Shown here: positions 20,801 through 29,876 of the stretch, piece by piece | Numbering within the stretch: the stretch's first letter is position 1 | Layout: every line of letters begins with the position of its first letter | Source of the DNA: a virus | Length of the DNA: 64,000 nucleotides | Virus record (IMG/VR): IMGVR_UViG_3300021959_007960 | Location: 32,001 to 96,000 of that record | Direction: 5' to 3' (one strand) | Made by a program: the position numbers and the translations under genes | The notes under the pieces: generated by a model | The model's input: only the letters and a program-made list of their open reading frames with translations | Told to the model about the DNA's origin: nothing | Databases searched by the model: none

Positions 20801-21749
20801 TATATTTATGATTGACTTTTTGAAAAACACACAAACTTCTGAAGATTTAAGAACTAATGATATTTCGTCTGTAAGTTTTGATTGCAGAACAAATCAAAAA
20901 GCTATTGCTAATAATTATCAATTTTTAAATAATTTAAATAATTTTGATTTATTAGATAGTTTGTATGTAAAAAGATCTGGTGGTTCACTTCATGGGGGCT
21001 TTTTAACTCTTTTATTGTCTGGTGGATATCCTGATTATATTATATCATATAAGTATTATGATCAAGAAACAAAGAGTCTTGTAGATCTAAGACTAAATAA
21101 TGAGTCTGTAGATAATAAAACTTTTCTAGACAGTATAAAGCCTGGAGCTTATATCGTTAAGATTACTGATCAAAATGGTAATAAGCTAAAAGCTGTAAAT
21201 GATACTCCTTATGATAATTTTTATTCTAAAATGATTGATTTTATTATCAATGATTTACATACAGATAAAGAAACTTTAAATTTTAAACACGGAGATCTTT
21301 TAATAAATATATACGACTCTTCTAAAATAACAAATCCTCCTCCTGCAATTCCTTCATTCCCGCCTCAAATAACTCCTACACCTCCTACTGTGGACATACC
21401 AACAGTTACTACTACCACTCATGAAGTTTCTCCTAATACCATATATACCAATGAACTTGTTATTCAAACAGATCCTGTCAAAGTTAAGTTTACAGTCTCT
21501 GGGCCTTTAGGATACAAAAAGACATTTAGTGACAGAGTAAAATTAATTCAAATGCCTGCTGGTGTATATACTATAGAAGGAAACACCAAGGATTTATATA
21601 ATAAATATTTATATCAAGATAAACGTAGAGTATTTATTAATCCTGATACTAAGGTTTTAAGTACATTAAATTTTGAATCTTACAAAGACAGTATTATTAT
21701 AGACGGTTCATCTGACTCTAGTTCGTCTAGTTCGTCTAGTTCATATTAA
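14847..21749 (+). CDS. Large virion adhesin-like protein with cadherin-like and SprB-like repeats
   Basis: Cadherin motifs LDHET/FDYET/LDFET/LDYNT followed by INDVNEPP/IEDVLEP/INDMDEAP. SprB-like DVLCPLDTDGSVSL and GGQPPY. Pro-rich linker. Ser-rich C-tail. True start may be ATG at 14856. Confidence 0.7.
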   Translation: MHEMKKDNKNKELYNKILNSESNEELDKIKITVNAYQDGNVCFDEYADFGTLELPVVENEQNPTDGSPYTQFFAGAIDGPRALTVSLPGWVTMSLSEITDWDYVYDVYLNTQVPSFESAPALPGSTSYRKIVHSGNWSLSPGTCVGYVLFSVDDANEPPGHSVTFSNYPICIDEETTEALVGCIDVLDDPDTLNKELRYITNVTVAGEHAAYFSISNFTPGYTDDGVRFCLRLNNIQGAVAAGLTTLNVQTVIHNGIADEDFIKGWGNDGQDITTVYGTENHSIVLSYGNSIQIPGFYQQEYGVESATEIPSFTIPSGLTLSGTDIFVGYRGGFCTPVGCGAGIADGIGVEHSLSNNNSSDDTVDLRYNSKVGPGEVPIGTLLDVTSPQFVSGLSSYSGTAYVDGFYTNSFQASTDQCCPLIDGEVITRINISNTALNPYHTGIGPNIPFTGGINKVEGSYFISFGETDVFSHDSAGTRYIAAIPNDTGVDFNSNDNSFFVYTVGQTGLIKATHPTQTGIVEAAGFSRYLAIRYKNTSANKFYKYDIFSTDFTEVTTSLSSIKRIITVRDQYSSNNNRGRFWILGTDESVLYDPISNNQTSVDHRMFTGVSGIPHNIDVFNIPNFVDKQPDSEIANCQPYDDSNIQQYGNLIFPVNTGYGPALDHFPVQLDIRNAQLVAKTESVVGISPIQAGISFFSGISLNGYRLDSHLNYRADLALVQHALVASVFNTGTNHSELLAFNLDFPIGLSGSIVDSYATPHLISRYAPTSGTYNRVCKTSNELILWAPTSTDRPVILLDVYGRLNDNDDPVVQKVVTGIKEPISVVKSAHRHGEQFRTCLLNDGGNTAYTINDYDYTIQKHTFVSGLTMGHYSDIALATGSMNNRLENFVLMPRTTYETNTISGSLAVLSTTTTPLSSISFANTGIDETVISLAPSQVTTGEIFIGSITFTDDEFVGTNTFSANEVLGSEIFTVSGANVYVKSGIALDHETTTVMTGVITGVDPYIGGVPFVDTFLLTINDVNEPPTDITLNPSSGKIASNFDLATQDYPAATISLSDVDDSPFDNNDIDIAAGINKQYFKISDDKLSLLVKAGSVLQPNTDYTVTVLAKSTGTTEYTAAKSFTLNVAGHSPISLNLFNTTATVKENIPSNLLPTLTTFDLTDPDGGTDNEVIITGIDSTFFNVSYNAATNAGTLSVASGYVFDYETRNSYTGFLVGRIIGTTAPIVRGVFTLNIEDVLEPSGIIFTPSARTINETSSTVETFLSTLTIQDQDNFAGDDLVITNLAFTTGGVVGDFRGALDPFWVFDNSTTDPDLKVLADRALDFETQNQYFIVASGHPSSSPATKLGGQFTLSINDMDEAPTVSLQPTGTSINETTDTSLGRFKVADIYVQDETQSEIQLSLAGIDGNKFTIVPSSVITDNPTESVLVGSLFFNSGVQLDYNTKPFYDAVVVAKDLDAFSPTNGLALSGTADFRLAINDVPTCTINVEGSSTDVLCPLDTDGSVSLNITYTGDGASICSIDKPLSVSWQNLPTDADTSVNGFFVNGLGTGTYTANILGGSIPITSVQYQVNSPTPMSITQVVLNNEPCASEGSIHIGFTGGQPPYIVSYGTQSVILPSGSGFVGKIPVTVQSSGNVSVRDANNCLASGSNFTFNFPNANPQYNIISKTPPAIHDSFLQDYKFTLLFGEGPHRINIYSSTTGEKGNLITSIDEYDTTVIESLKQPGSEIFDSSGNQIGIQLSQDLNSNPIEYSYDIGSQIYPGSYVFEFVNQDNCTFLTDVQTAENIIPLSAELITVNDFPLDIGTQVLSQPILDTLFIPYRMLISDSEVLSYISNITERSDIRLEIGNQIFDRKAIYGSVNCDTHSLVNIKFFGFKNNEWFFTIPFYKGFDISDTSEVDILNENISLVISDSKKIKIDKEYNNNVGTIKLLKGSVLTTDLNLSQFKNDKDITLSRLLSDGTFEELAMATVGDKVYLQNKHIAGSIFMIDFLKNTQTSEDLRTNDISSVSFDCRTNQKAIANNYQFLNNLNNFDLLDSLYVKRSGGSLHGGFLTLLLSGGYPDYIISYKYYDQETKSLVDLRLNNESVDNKTFLDSIKPGAYIVKITDQNGNKLKAVNDTPYDNFYSKMIDFIINDLHTDKETLNFKHGDLLINIYDSSKITNPPPAIPSFPPQITPTPPTVDIPTVTTTTHEVSPNTIYTNELVIQTDPVKVKFTVSGPLGYKKTFSDRVKLIQMPAGVYTIEGNTKDLYNKYLYQDKRRVFINPDTKVLSTLNFESYKDSIIIDGSSDSSSSSSSSSY

Positions 21750-21760
21750 GGAAATATATT

Positions 21761-24700
21761 ATGCCATGTCAATCAGTTACAGCAAACTATTCACTAGTTT
21801 ATGCAGGAACAAACAATAGTGTTTTTGGCCCAGATGCAACAGACAGAATTTTAGGGTTTACTAGCAATATAGGACTAGGTAGCGAATCTTCTACTCTTTC
21901 TTTCACACTAGCTGGAAAAGCAGGTACAAATGCATTTGGTGTTAGTCCAGCAGAGAATGTTGGACGAGCTGTTATATTTACTTGTAATAGCTTTAACTTT
22001 GGTGGTATTATAAAGTCTCTTAGTAATAGTGAAGACGGTGGTGGGAATACAACAAAGGTTACCTTAACTTGTGCTAAAGAAATGCTTGCGAATGGTGATA
22101 TAATGTTGAATAAAAATGTAGTTGGTTTTGATAGCGTTCGCGCTTGGCAAAGTCAGTACGGTACTACTTTTGTCCGTACAAGCATAGCCGATGTAAATGG
22201 AGCGAACGTACATGCTATTACTGAGAGAGCATCTGTTCCTGTAAACCTTAGAAACGAAAACGTTAATGGCACCAATGCAACAGCACGTCCACAAGCTGGT
22301 GATTGTAGCAAATATGGATTATCAAATCAAAACAGAGTAGCTCATGGTAATTCAACTTATAGTGCAATATTAGGCTCATTATATAGTAATGGTTTCAAGA
22401 TAAAAACTGTAGGTGGAAGTGATACACTGTTTGTAGATTTTACTCCTATTACTCGTCTTGCCAATGGTATTCCTTATGCTAGTACTAGTGCATATAAAAT
22501 GAGTATATTAGACTTGGCTAATTCAGTGTGCGACGAAGCTGGTTTTGATTTCCACTGCACAATAGAAGGACAATGGATTAAGTTTAAATTAATAGACAAA
22601 AGAGTAGAAACTACTTTTGGTAGTGTTCAAAATATAGTTAATACCGCTAAAAATAGCGATAAATGCATTAGTAGTAGTATAGGAGCAGAATTTAAAGGTG
22701 TTAAAACTGCTAGATTTATTACTGGTCATCATATTAATTATATTAAAGAAGCTTACATAGGAGGTAATGCTAAAGGTGCTTTAGTAGGTCAAATTTATAA
22801 TCAACGACCACTATATTCTTATACTAGTGATTTTAATATGAGGTTTGATACTAGTAAGCTTAGCCAAGCCTTAATTCAAAATGGGTTCTCTGGTGTCGGA
22901 GGCACACATGCCGTTCAGGAAAGAGAATTTATTGCTTGTGGAAATTTAGACACTTGGAAACTATGGGGTATAGAGAATCCTAATAGTCTATCTAGAAGTT
23001 GTTTGAATGCTTGTCAACTTCCTGTAACTAGAGCAGTAAGTTTCCTAAGAAATCAAGGAAGCGCTCATTATGTCGCTAGGTCTGCTGTAGAAGCAGTAAA
23101 AAGTTTAGGAATTAAAAGTCCAGGAGCTATGGTATATGAAGAAGTGTGTTATAGTTACTTTAAAAATTTATATGAAACATATTATGGTCAATATTATTTA
23201 GTGGTTCTTAATGGTGGCACAACTTGCTTTCAAGATCCTACAGGATATGTTAGCAATACAGGTATATTTTTAGGAGAAGGCGGTGCAGCTACTCTTATGG
23301 ATACTCCTATAGATTCTGGTTGGCCAGATAATGAACGTCAAGTTATAGGGAATACTACATTAGCCCCTTTTTTTGACAATGCAGGAAAACTGACTTGTTT
23401 TGTAGGTATTCCTATGGGAGACACATTAGGTAAAGGTTTATATAATACTACTTTTGATCCTACCTTAATGAATGCAGAATATATTGTTGAAAATGGTACT
23501 TTGTATACAAAAGCACAGGTAGATGGACGAGCTTATAATATTGGTGGAGAGTTGGGGATTCTAATTAAAATGCCTAGTATTATTAGTCATAGACCTGTTT
23601 TAAGTGGTGGTATTAATAGTTTTGGTTTAAGAGCTATTAGCCTGTGTTTAGGTCGAGGTTTATTTGGATTTAGTAATAGTGGAGGCACACTAGATACTAG
23701 TTATGCTAATATATTTAAAGAGAATGTAGCGGCTGGTCGTTTTACTAAAATTGCTATTCCTATGAAAAATAATCAGTTGGTTTATGGGCCGTGGAGAGGT
23801 GGGGCTTATGGAGCTAGAAATGGAGGTGGAGTAGATATACAAGTAAGAGAAGACCTGAATCCTTGGCAATATGGAAGCTATAGCAATATGGATTATGCTG
23901 GACAAAATTATGCATCACATGGGATTCCTTGGAGAACTAGATACGAATCTGGTCACGTAACCATTGCAGAATCGCCAGCAGAAAGTTTAGGAGAAAAAAA
24001 TGTAGGCGAAGCATTACTAGCTAGTGTCGTAGTTAAATTTGATAAGTCTGGTAGTACAACTACATATAACTATGAAACCTATAAACCTAAATTTGGTAAT
24101 GCTGCTGAAAATTTTAATACTTTTATTAAAAAGAACATAGCAGATAGACGAGATAATTATAATATACTAAAAGAAAACTATCATGAAATAATTAGAAATC
24201 ATAATAGTGCTATGAGAGTTGCTGGGCAAATTAGAGAAAGATTATTTAGACAACAAATAGAAAATAATGCAGGGGCTAACGCTCATAGCCAATCACAAAT
24301 AATGACTCTTTCTTACCCTGATCCTTTTCAGGGACAGCTTTTTGATTGTAAAACAGAAGTTGGCTTAACTAAGGCTTATGATTCTTCTATATTTCAGGAT
24401 CAAGATAATTATGCTAAGTATGCAGCTGTAGGTTTGGATATGTTTTTTGCTCCTGTATCTACAGCAGCTACTTTTGCAATGGGTTATATGAGTCCTAAAA
24501 ATTTGCCTGATGAGCCTGGAAATAATTCAAGTCCTCTAAGTATGCCTCCATTTGAGGGTGGGATGACACCTAAAAAGCATCTAGCTATTGATAATTTTAG
24601 ATTAAATCCTTTTAGTACTAGAGCAAATATTAATTCATATTTTAGTGGAAGAGGATCTAGTTTTGGATTTCAAACAGACTATTGTACATATGGAGCTATT

Positions 24701-25573
24701 AGTCAGGTATTGGATTTAGATAATGCAAAACAGGATTTCAATAATGTAAGGGCTGGTGCTTTAAGAGGCCCTTTAATGTTAACTTCATGGGGTTATGATC
24801 TTGATGGTAAACCTGTGCCTGGTGATGGTAGTGATAGTTTTACTACAGGATGGATGAGTAATCCTAAAAGTTGGCCTACTGGCCCTATTGATTTGAGATG
24901 GGATGACAAAAGAGGTGTATGGACAATACCTGCCGGAGAAAAAATCGTAGCAGCTCAATTAATTCAGCCATTATCAGCAGGGGGTTCAGCTAAAGCTGTT
25001 CTTATTGGTGGTTATGGAGAAGATGTTCCTTCTTCTCAAAGTCCATTAGGTTGTGGACAATTAGCTGGTGGTGGTGGTGGGAGCTATGGTACAATTACTG
25101 TATATGATGTAGTTAATAGACCTTGTAATATAGGTACTAGAATTACTGCTGTACATAGTGGTGAAGGCAAATATCTGCCTTTAGGTTATATTGATACTTA
25201 TAAGAAAAAAGAGTTTGATGGTTGTGGTGACACCGTGCCTGTTGCAGATGAGTGTACTCAATTAGGTTTATGGAGTACGCCTAAGAAATATACTGTACAA
25301 GGACTTGATGAATTTGCTAATCCTGTACTACATGATCTTGAAGAAATATTTAAGTACCCCGATCTACCCGAACAAAGCATGGGAGAAGATATGGTACTAG
25401 GCTTTAGTAAAACAAACGAAATGGGGCAACCTTGTATGAAGGCATTTCCTATTGTGACTTGTAGTGGAACATATCCGGATGATGGTAGTGGCCCAACTAC
25501 GCCGCTGCCTTGTCCTCCTGGGTATATAAGAAGTCCTACTGGATCTGGACGTTGTGTGCGTACGGATCTTTAA
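21761..25573 (+). CDS. Putative baseplate hub / tail tip protein
   Basis: 1270 aa, last gene of the tail operon. Hub-like segments (FNFGGIIKS, SILDLANSVCDEAGFDF). Function inferred. Confidence 0.5.
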   Translation: MPCQSVTANYSLVYAGTNNSVFGPDATDRILGFTSNIGLGSESSTLSFTLAGKAGTNAFGVSPAENVGRAVIFTCNSFNFGGIIKSLSNSEDGGGNTTKVTLTCAKEMLANGDIMLNKNVVGFDSVRAWQSQYGTTFVRTSIADVNGANVHAITERASVPVNLRNENVNGTNATARPQAGDCSKYGLSNQNRVAHGNSTYSAILGSLYSNGFKIKTVGGSDTLFVDFTPITRLANGIPYASTSAYKMSILDLANSVCDEAGFDFHCTIEGQWIKFKLIDKRVETTFGSVQNIVNTAKNSDKCISSSIGAEFKGVKTARFITGHHINYIKEAYIGGNAKGALVGQIYNQRPLYSYTSDFNMRFDTSKLSQALIQNGFSGVGGTHAVQEREFIACGNLDTWKLWGIENPNSLSRSCLNACQLPVTRAVSFLRNQGSAHYVARSAVEAVKSLGIKSPGAMVYEEVCYSYFKNLYETYYGQYYLVVLNGGTTCFQDPTGYVSNTGIFLGEGGAATLMDTPIDSGWPDNERQVIGNTTLAPFFDNAGKLTCFVGIPMGDTLGKGLYNTTFDPTLMNAEYIVENGTLYTKAQVDGRAYNIGGELGILIKMPSIISHRPVLSGGINSFGLRAISLCLGRGLFGFSNSGGTLDTSYANIFKENVAAGRFTKIAIPMKNNQLVYGPWRGGAYGARNGGGVDIQVREDLNPWQYGSYSNMDYAGQNYASHGIPWRTRYESGHVTIAESPAESLGEKNVGEALLASVVVKFDKSGSTTTYNYETYKPKFGNAAENFNTFIKKNIADRRDNYNILKENYHEIIRNHNSAMRVAGQIRERLFRQQIENNAGANAHSQSQIMTLSYPDPFQGQLFDCKTEVGLTKAYDSSIFQDQDNYAKYAAVGLDMFFAPVSTAATFAMGYMSPKNLPDEPGNNSSPLSMPPFEGGMTPKKHLAIDNFRLNPFSTRANINSYFSGRGSSFGFQTDYCTYGAISQVLDLDNAKQDFNNVRAGALRGPLMLTSWGYDLDGKPVPGDGSDSFTTGWMSNPKSWPTGPIDLRWDDKRGVWTIPAGEKIVAAQLIQPLSAGGSAKAVLIGGYGEDVPSSQSPLGCGQLAGGGGGSYGTITVYDVVNRPCNIGTRITAVHSGEGKYLPLGYIDTYKKKEFDGCGDTVPVADECTQLGLWSTPKKYTVQGLDEFANPVLHDLEEIFKYPDLPEQSMGEDMVLGFSKTNEMGQPCMKAFPIVTCSGTYPDDGSGPTTPLPCPPGYIRSPTGSGRCVRTDL

Positions 25574-25578
25574 ACTTA

Positions 25579-26625
25579 TTACGTAAATAAATCCGCAATT
25601 TTAGTCAGCATCAAGTTTCTTCTAAAAGTACTTATGTTTCTTCCTCTATAAAACTCTAACTCTGAAGGAAGATCTCCTCCTTGAGTTCTTTCGTAATATT
25701 CATCAAATGTTTCGGAAAATGTATCGCCCTCTGTGCCACCAAAAAACATATTACTATCTCCAAACAAGAGTAGAGCTCCATTTCCAAGCCTATCTCCTTT
25801 ACCTTGAACATTACCTCCTGGACAGCCTGGGGCGTCATCAACATTGCGGTTTACATTGTATTTATTGGTTGTAGTAAATGGTGCTGTTCCCCCAACTATT
25901 TCAGCCGTTGCTGCACCTTGAACCATCACATTTGTTAGTAAAGGAGAATTGCTATTATTATATTTTTCATAAGCAGCTGAAATTGTATTACAACCTCTAC
26001 GAATACTAGATCCAAGAGTTATCATATGATCTTCAAAACCTATCTTGTCACCACATCCATCTTCATCATTATCAGCATTATTTCCCCATTCACAATTACT
26101 TAAATAAAATCCTCCAGACTCGATAAATTCTTTCACATCATAAGATTCTAAATACGGATAGGTTCCACATTTCGAATAAAAATAATCTATTACTACATCA
26201 CATCCCGGACCAGCTAAATCTCGTGTTTGATACCAAGGAACCTCTACACCACCATATTCAAATGTTGTATTATCGTCTATTCTGTGGTCACCCAACTCCT
26301 CAGAGTATCCGAATATGTATAGATTGGTTCTATTTTCGTCCTGAAAACTGGCTCGTAATGTTCTTTCCTCCATTGAGAGCCACTTTGAATAATTTGCATG
26401 AAAACAAATTCTAGACCTTGGAGCTTCCTCACAACAACAACCAAAATCTTTTTTAAGATCTTCTACTGTTGTTGAGTTACTGCCTAGAATACCAATACCT
26501 GGATATTGTGGAGATGAGCTTATTCCTGTACCTAATCCTTTTTGACTAAATATTCTAAAAAGGTTTGAAATACTAAATGGATTAAATAATTTTTTCTTTT
26601 CAGGTTCAATTATTTGCCCTGCCAT
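25579..26625 (-). CDS. Hypothetical protein, possible GATase1-like/DUF4350-like fold, Cys-rich
   Basis: 348 aa with VKEFIESGG and GNGALLLFGDSNMF motifs and a CCC cluster. Overlaps the upstream gene stop. Confidence 0.45.
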   Translation of the reverse strand: MAGQIIEPEKKKLFNPFSISNLFRIFSQKGLGTGISSSPQYPGIGILGSNSTTVEDLKKDFGCCCEEAPRSRICFHANYSKWLSMEERTLRASFQDENRTNLYIFGYSEELGDHRIDDNTTFEYGGVEVPWYQTRDLAGPGCDVVIDYFYSKCGTYPYLESYDVKEFIESGGFYLSNCEWGNNADNDEDGCGDKIGFEDHMITLGSSIRRGCNTISAAYEKYNNSNSPLLTNVMVQGAATAEIVGGTAPFTTTNKYNVNRNVDDAPGCPGGNVQGKGDRLGNGALLLFGDSNMFFGGTEGDTFSETFDEYYERTQGGDLPSELEFYRGRNISTFRRNLMLTKIADLFT

Positions 26626-26927
26626 TTATACCATCCCCTATTTGGCATATATTCTCCCTTATCGTCTTTACGCTTAGGGAACAGCGTACCACCCTTCTTG
26701 TGTTGACCAAAAGCAAGTGTGGCTCCACAGTCCATACATCGCAATTCATAATATTCATTGTCTTCTACAACTCTTACTACAAATTTAATATTTTCAGATC
26801 CACACATTCCACATTTCGTTTCTCCAAAAATTTCTTGTATAGAGGCAAGCTCTTTAAATATTTCTTTTTGGCCTTCGCCTTCAACTTCAAATTGTAATTT
26901 ATCACTAACTTTATATGACGCTCTCAT
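26610..26927 (-). CDS. Zinc-ribbon hypothetical protein
   Basis: CGMC...CMDC; ATGA coupling with the upstream gene. Confidence 0.7.
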   Translation of the reverse strand: MRASYKVSDKLQFEVEGEGQKEIFKELASIQEIFGETKCGMCGSENIKFVVRVVEDNEYYELRCMDCGATLAFGQHKKGGTLFPKRKDDKGEYMPNRGWYKWQGK

Positions 26928-27589
26928 TTCCAGTCCTCTTCGTATCCTAGAATAGTTTCGGGTATAGCACTAGTATCCTGTTGATAACTAGATAACTTTC
27001 TAATAATAGATACACCACTAGTATGATCTAGCTCGTCAATATCTATAGATAAATCCATATTTTCTAAACATTTTACAGGATTAATATTCAGCCTTTTACA
27101 AAGAACATCCATAAAATTTAACTGATTATTAGTAACTTTGCCTACCGTTGTTCCATCAATATCTTCTACTTCTTCAGCTAGTTCTTCAGCGGCTACCACT
27201 TTCCTTAACCGTAATCCTCTTCTTAAAGCCCTACCTTCAGCCCTTGTTTCTGCAACAGCCACAGGATGATTACGGAAAATTTTGTCACAATTTCCCCAAT
27301 ACACATCAGCAGCCCCATTTACTGTTCTGGTTTTAATGGCATTGTCTAGTTTAGAATCATTTAAAACATACGTCAGAGAATGGACCACAGTGGCCCTATT
27401 GCCATTCATTGGGTCTGGAGATTGAGTGACTTCCGAAGAAGATCCTGTTAAAGTACAGTTCATAGCTATCTCAAAAATCCTACGCAATCCATCTGTGGTA
27501 GGATTACCCATAATTTTCTCGTCGTCTGACAGAAGTCCTAGTACATAGTCTGTCCACTCAATATCATGAATTTTTGGCTTTTTAGTCAT
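26924..27589 (-). CDS. Single-strand annealing protein (Rad52/Sak-like)
   Basis: AETRAEGRALRR..AEEL motif; C-terminal TNNQLNFM helical domain typical of phage SSAPs. Confidence 0.6.
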   Translation of the reverse strand: MTKKPKIHDIEWTDYVLGLLSDDEKIMGNPTTDGLRRIFEIAMNCTLTGSSSEVTQSPDPMNGNRATVVHSLTYVLNDSKLDNAIKTRTVNGAADVYWGNCDKIFRNHPVAVAETRAEGRALRRGLRLRKVVAAEELAEEVEDIDGTTVGKVTNNQLNFMDVLCKRLNINPVKCLENMDLSIDIDELDHTSGVSIIRKLSSYQQDTSAIPETILGYEEDWK

Positions 27590-28367
27590 TGTTGTCCTCT
27601 ATGTAAAATAATTGTTCTTTACTATCCGAAATACTTTCTAGTAATTTCATAAGTTTGTTGCTCAAAATAATTGCTTTAGCTTTAGAATAATCTCCTGTTT
27701 GTTTAATTCTAATAAGCTTCATACCTTTACCAAGTATAAGTCCTGTTTTTTTCTGATCATATTTTTGATTTCTGTTTAGAGCATTACTTCCCCATACAGG
27801 TTCAAAATGAGAAGGTCCGTCTACTTCTATTGCTATATTATGCTGTGGTAAGAATATGTCAATCTGTAATTTTGTATTCGCTAGAATTTGTTCTTTATGG
27901 AATTGTGTTTTATAGTTATTTTCTAATAATTTAGCAAGAAGAAATTTTTCTAGTTTAGATCCTTCAACACTAGATCTTCTAATAGCTACATGTGCCGCAT
28001 GTTGCATATTTTCTTTTGTTTTATCGTCCATATCGTTCCATCTTTTTTTACTATCTTGTTTTCTCTTTTTTCTTTCTTTGTCTGATAGATTATTCCAAGA
28101 TGAATGCATACTTAAAGAAATTTTATCTTTTTCAGAATCCGACCTTTTCTTTCCTTTAGTTGGGTGTTTAGATTTGCCAGATTGCAAAACATTTTTTTGT
28201 GCTTCGCTTTTATTTCGTATGGGTAATTTAAACTTCATAGCATCTCTTCTCACCTTATTTGCATAAGTTCCATGTGTTTTGGCTATTTCTCCAAAGGATT
28301 GTTTTTCTTCTACGTATAACTTTTTTATAAGTTTAATTTTATCAGTATCATTCATCTGTTGATACAT
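27582..28367 (-). CDS. Free-standing putative homing endonuclease (HTH + NUMOD3-like + Vsr/DUF559-like nuclease)
   Basis: N-terminal HTH, HPTKGKKRSDSEKDKIS, C-terminal DIFLP..IAIEVDGPSHF. Confidence 0.7.
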   Translation of the reverse strand: MYQQMNDTDKIKLIKKLYVEEKQSFGEIAKTHGTYANKVRRDAMKFKLPIRNKSEAQKNVLQSGKSKHPTKGKKRSDSEKDKISLSMHSSWNNLSDKERKKRKQDSKKRWNDMDDKTKENMQHAAHVAIRRSSVEGSKLEKFLLAKLLENNYKTQFHKEQILANTKLQIDIFLPQHNIAIEVDGPSHFEPVWGSNALNRNQKYDQKKTGLILGKGMKLIRIKQTGDYSKAKAIILSNKLMKLLESISDSKEQLFYIEDNND

Positions 28368-28752
28368 TTTTGATCTCCTCTAGAGATTTAATGTTTGTAA
28401 AAGTTAGCTTATGATATTTATCTTCTAGCTTTTCTAAAAGTTCTTCATTATCATATGTATAATAATTATGATGGTCATATACTGCTGGTATTTCTAAAAG
28501 TTTTTCGTCCAAGATTACGATATCTTTTTTCTCTGTATTAAGATAATTTAAATGAAAATTAGGAATAAATAAATTTACAGGAACTTGAAAATCATCAGTA
28601 TATATAGCATAATTATATTTTGTTTTAAATTTATCATCTAGAGATAATTTAATCAATTCTTTTACACAAGGAGATTCGTATGTTTTATTATCAAAAACTG
28701 AACAGGCTACTCCCAAATGATTGTCGATATATTTAATTTTTATAACAGCCAT
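28348..28752 (-). CDS. Hypothetical protein
   Basis: 134-aa ORF packed in the operon. Confidence 0.6.
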   Translation of the reverse strand: MAVIKIKYIDNHLGVACSVFDNKTYESPCVKELIKLSLDDKFKTKYNYAIYTDDFQVPVNLFIPNFHLNYLNTEKKDIVILDEKLLEIPAVYDHHNYYTYDNEELLEKLEDKYHKLTFTNIKSLEEIKNVSTDE

Positions 28753-28756
28753 ATTT

Positions 28757-29449
28757 TTATCCTATATATTGTTGTAGTGATTTTTTGTTAAATACTAAAT
28801 GAGTGTCTTTGTTTTTTAAAGTACTAGGTTTGCAAGTGCTTCCTTTAGAAATGCAATAGTTCAAAATTTCAAATAAGAACTTATTTTTATTATTTTCAAA
28901 TTCAAAGTTATTCATAATAAAATCTTTAGTGTGCTGATTGATATAAACTAATCCTATATATTTGTGTTGTAAGCCAAAAAATAAATTCAATACATTACCA
29001 TTATCTATAACACAACCTAAATCAATATCTTCATTTTGTTTGTGCTTGTGAGTAATACAGCCTATTGTTATGTCTGTAGTTGACGTATCTAGGTCTTTCA
29101 AACATTGAGAAGACAGAACTAACCCACACTCTATATTAACTACATCTGGGTATTTGGCAAGTGCTAAACCTTTAAGAAATGATCCTCCATAATTAATATT
29201 ATTATAATCTAAATACAAGTACTTAACATGAGGTAGTTTTTTCTGTATAAATTTATGTGTTTTATAGTTTTCAATACTATTTACTAGAATGATTTCATAC
29301 GGTGTGTTTACGCAAAATTTAGCTATAGAATAACATTGTTTTTCTATTATGTTTTTACGCTTATTGGTAAATAGACATTTTGACCCTAGTGATTTTATTC
29401 CACTATCATAATATGGGCATGTTATAATAAAGCTAATCGGTTTCTTCAT
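28757..29449 (-). CDS. Divergent nucleotidyltransferase / GT-A fold protein
   Basis: N-terminal GIKSLGSKCL resembles the G-x-R...PK-x-L signature of sugar-phosphate nucleotidyltransferases. Confidence 0.45.
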   Translation of the reverse strand: MKKPISFIITCPYYDSGIKSLGSKCLFTNKRKNIIEKQCYSIAKFCVNTPYEIILVNSIENYKTHKFIQKKLPHVKYLYLDYNNINYGGSFLKGLALAKYPDVVNIECGLVLSSQCLKDLDTSTTDITIGCITHKHKQNEDIDLGCVIDNGNVLNLFFGLQHKYIGLVYINQHTKDFIMNNFEFENNKNKFLFEILNYCISKGSTCKPSTLKNKDTHLVFNKKSLQQYIG

Positions 29450-29876
29450 GTTTTTTTATAGATATACTATATTCATATCCGTTTGTGTATGATGCCATGT
29501 CTATTTTAGTATTTTTTATCTTATTCACTAGACTTATCATTTCATCAAAAGTGTGGCAAAAACCTCGTTGATTTTCATATAAAATATATCTAAGTTTATC
29601 CATACTTAAATTCATCCTAGCACCAAACCAACATACTTGAAATATATCTGGTGCCTGTATATGAATTAATCCATCTGTTTTAGTTTTATCTACAATACTA
29701 TTTAAAGTATCCTCAAAATCTTTGGGAGGAATATAGTCTAGCAGATCTCCTATAAAAATATTATCACAAGAGTTATTGTCTATTTGTTCAATATCAGATA
29801 GTTCGTGTTCACTGTAACTATCAGGGTATTGAGTATCTTCATTAATTATTAATGCTATATCTTTAGCCATTATCAT
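29433..29876 (-). CDS. Truncated class I methyltransferase-like protein
   Basis: DNNSCDNI...LLDYIP...KTDGLIHIQAPD resembles Methyltransf_11 motifs; SAM motif I not evident. Confidence 0.4.
   Translation of the reverse strand: MIMAKDIALIINEDTQYPDSYSEHELSDIEQIDNNSCDNIFIGDLLDYIPPKDFEDTLNSIVDKTKTDGLIHIQAPDIFQVCWFGARMNLSMDKLRYILYENQRGFCHTFDEMISLVNKIKNTKIDMASYTNGYEYSISIKKHEETD

Noticed and set aside
1558-23905. Minus-strand ORFs within the tail genes (e.g. 7537..7968, 9598..10413)
   Set aside because: Antisense shadows of long, codon-biased plus-strand genes, with no recognisable motifs
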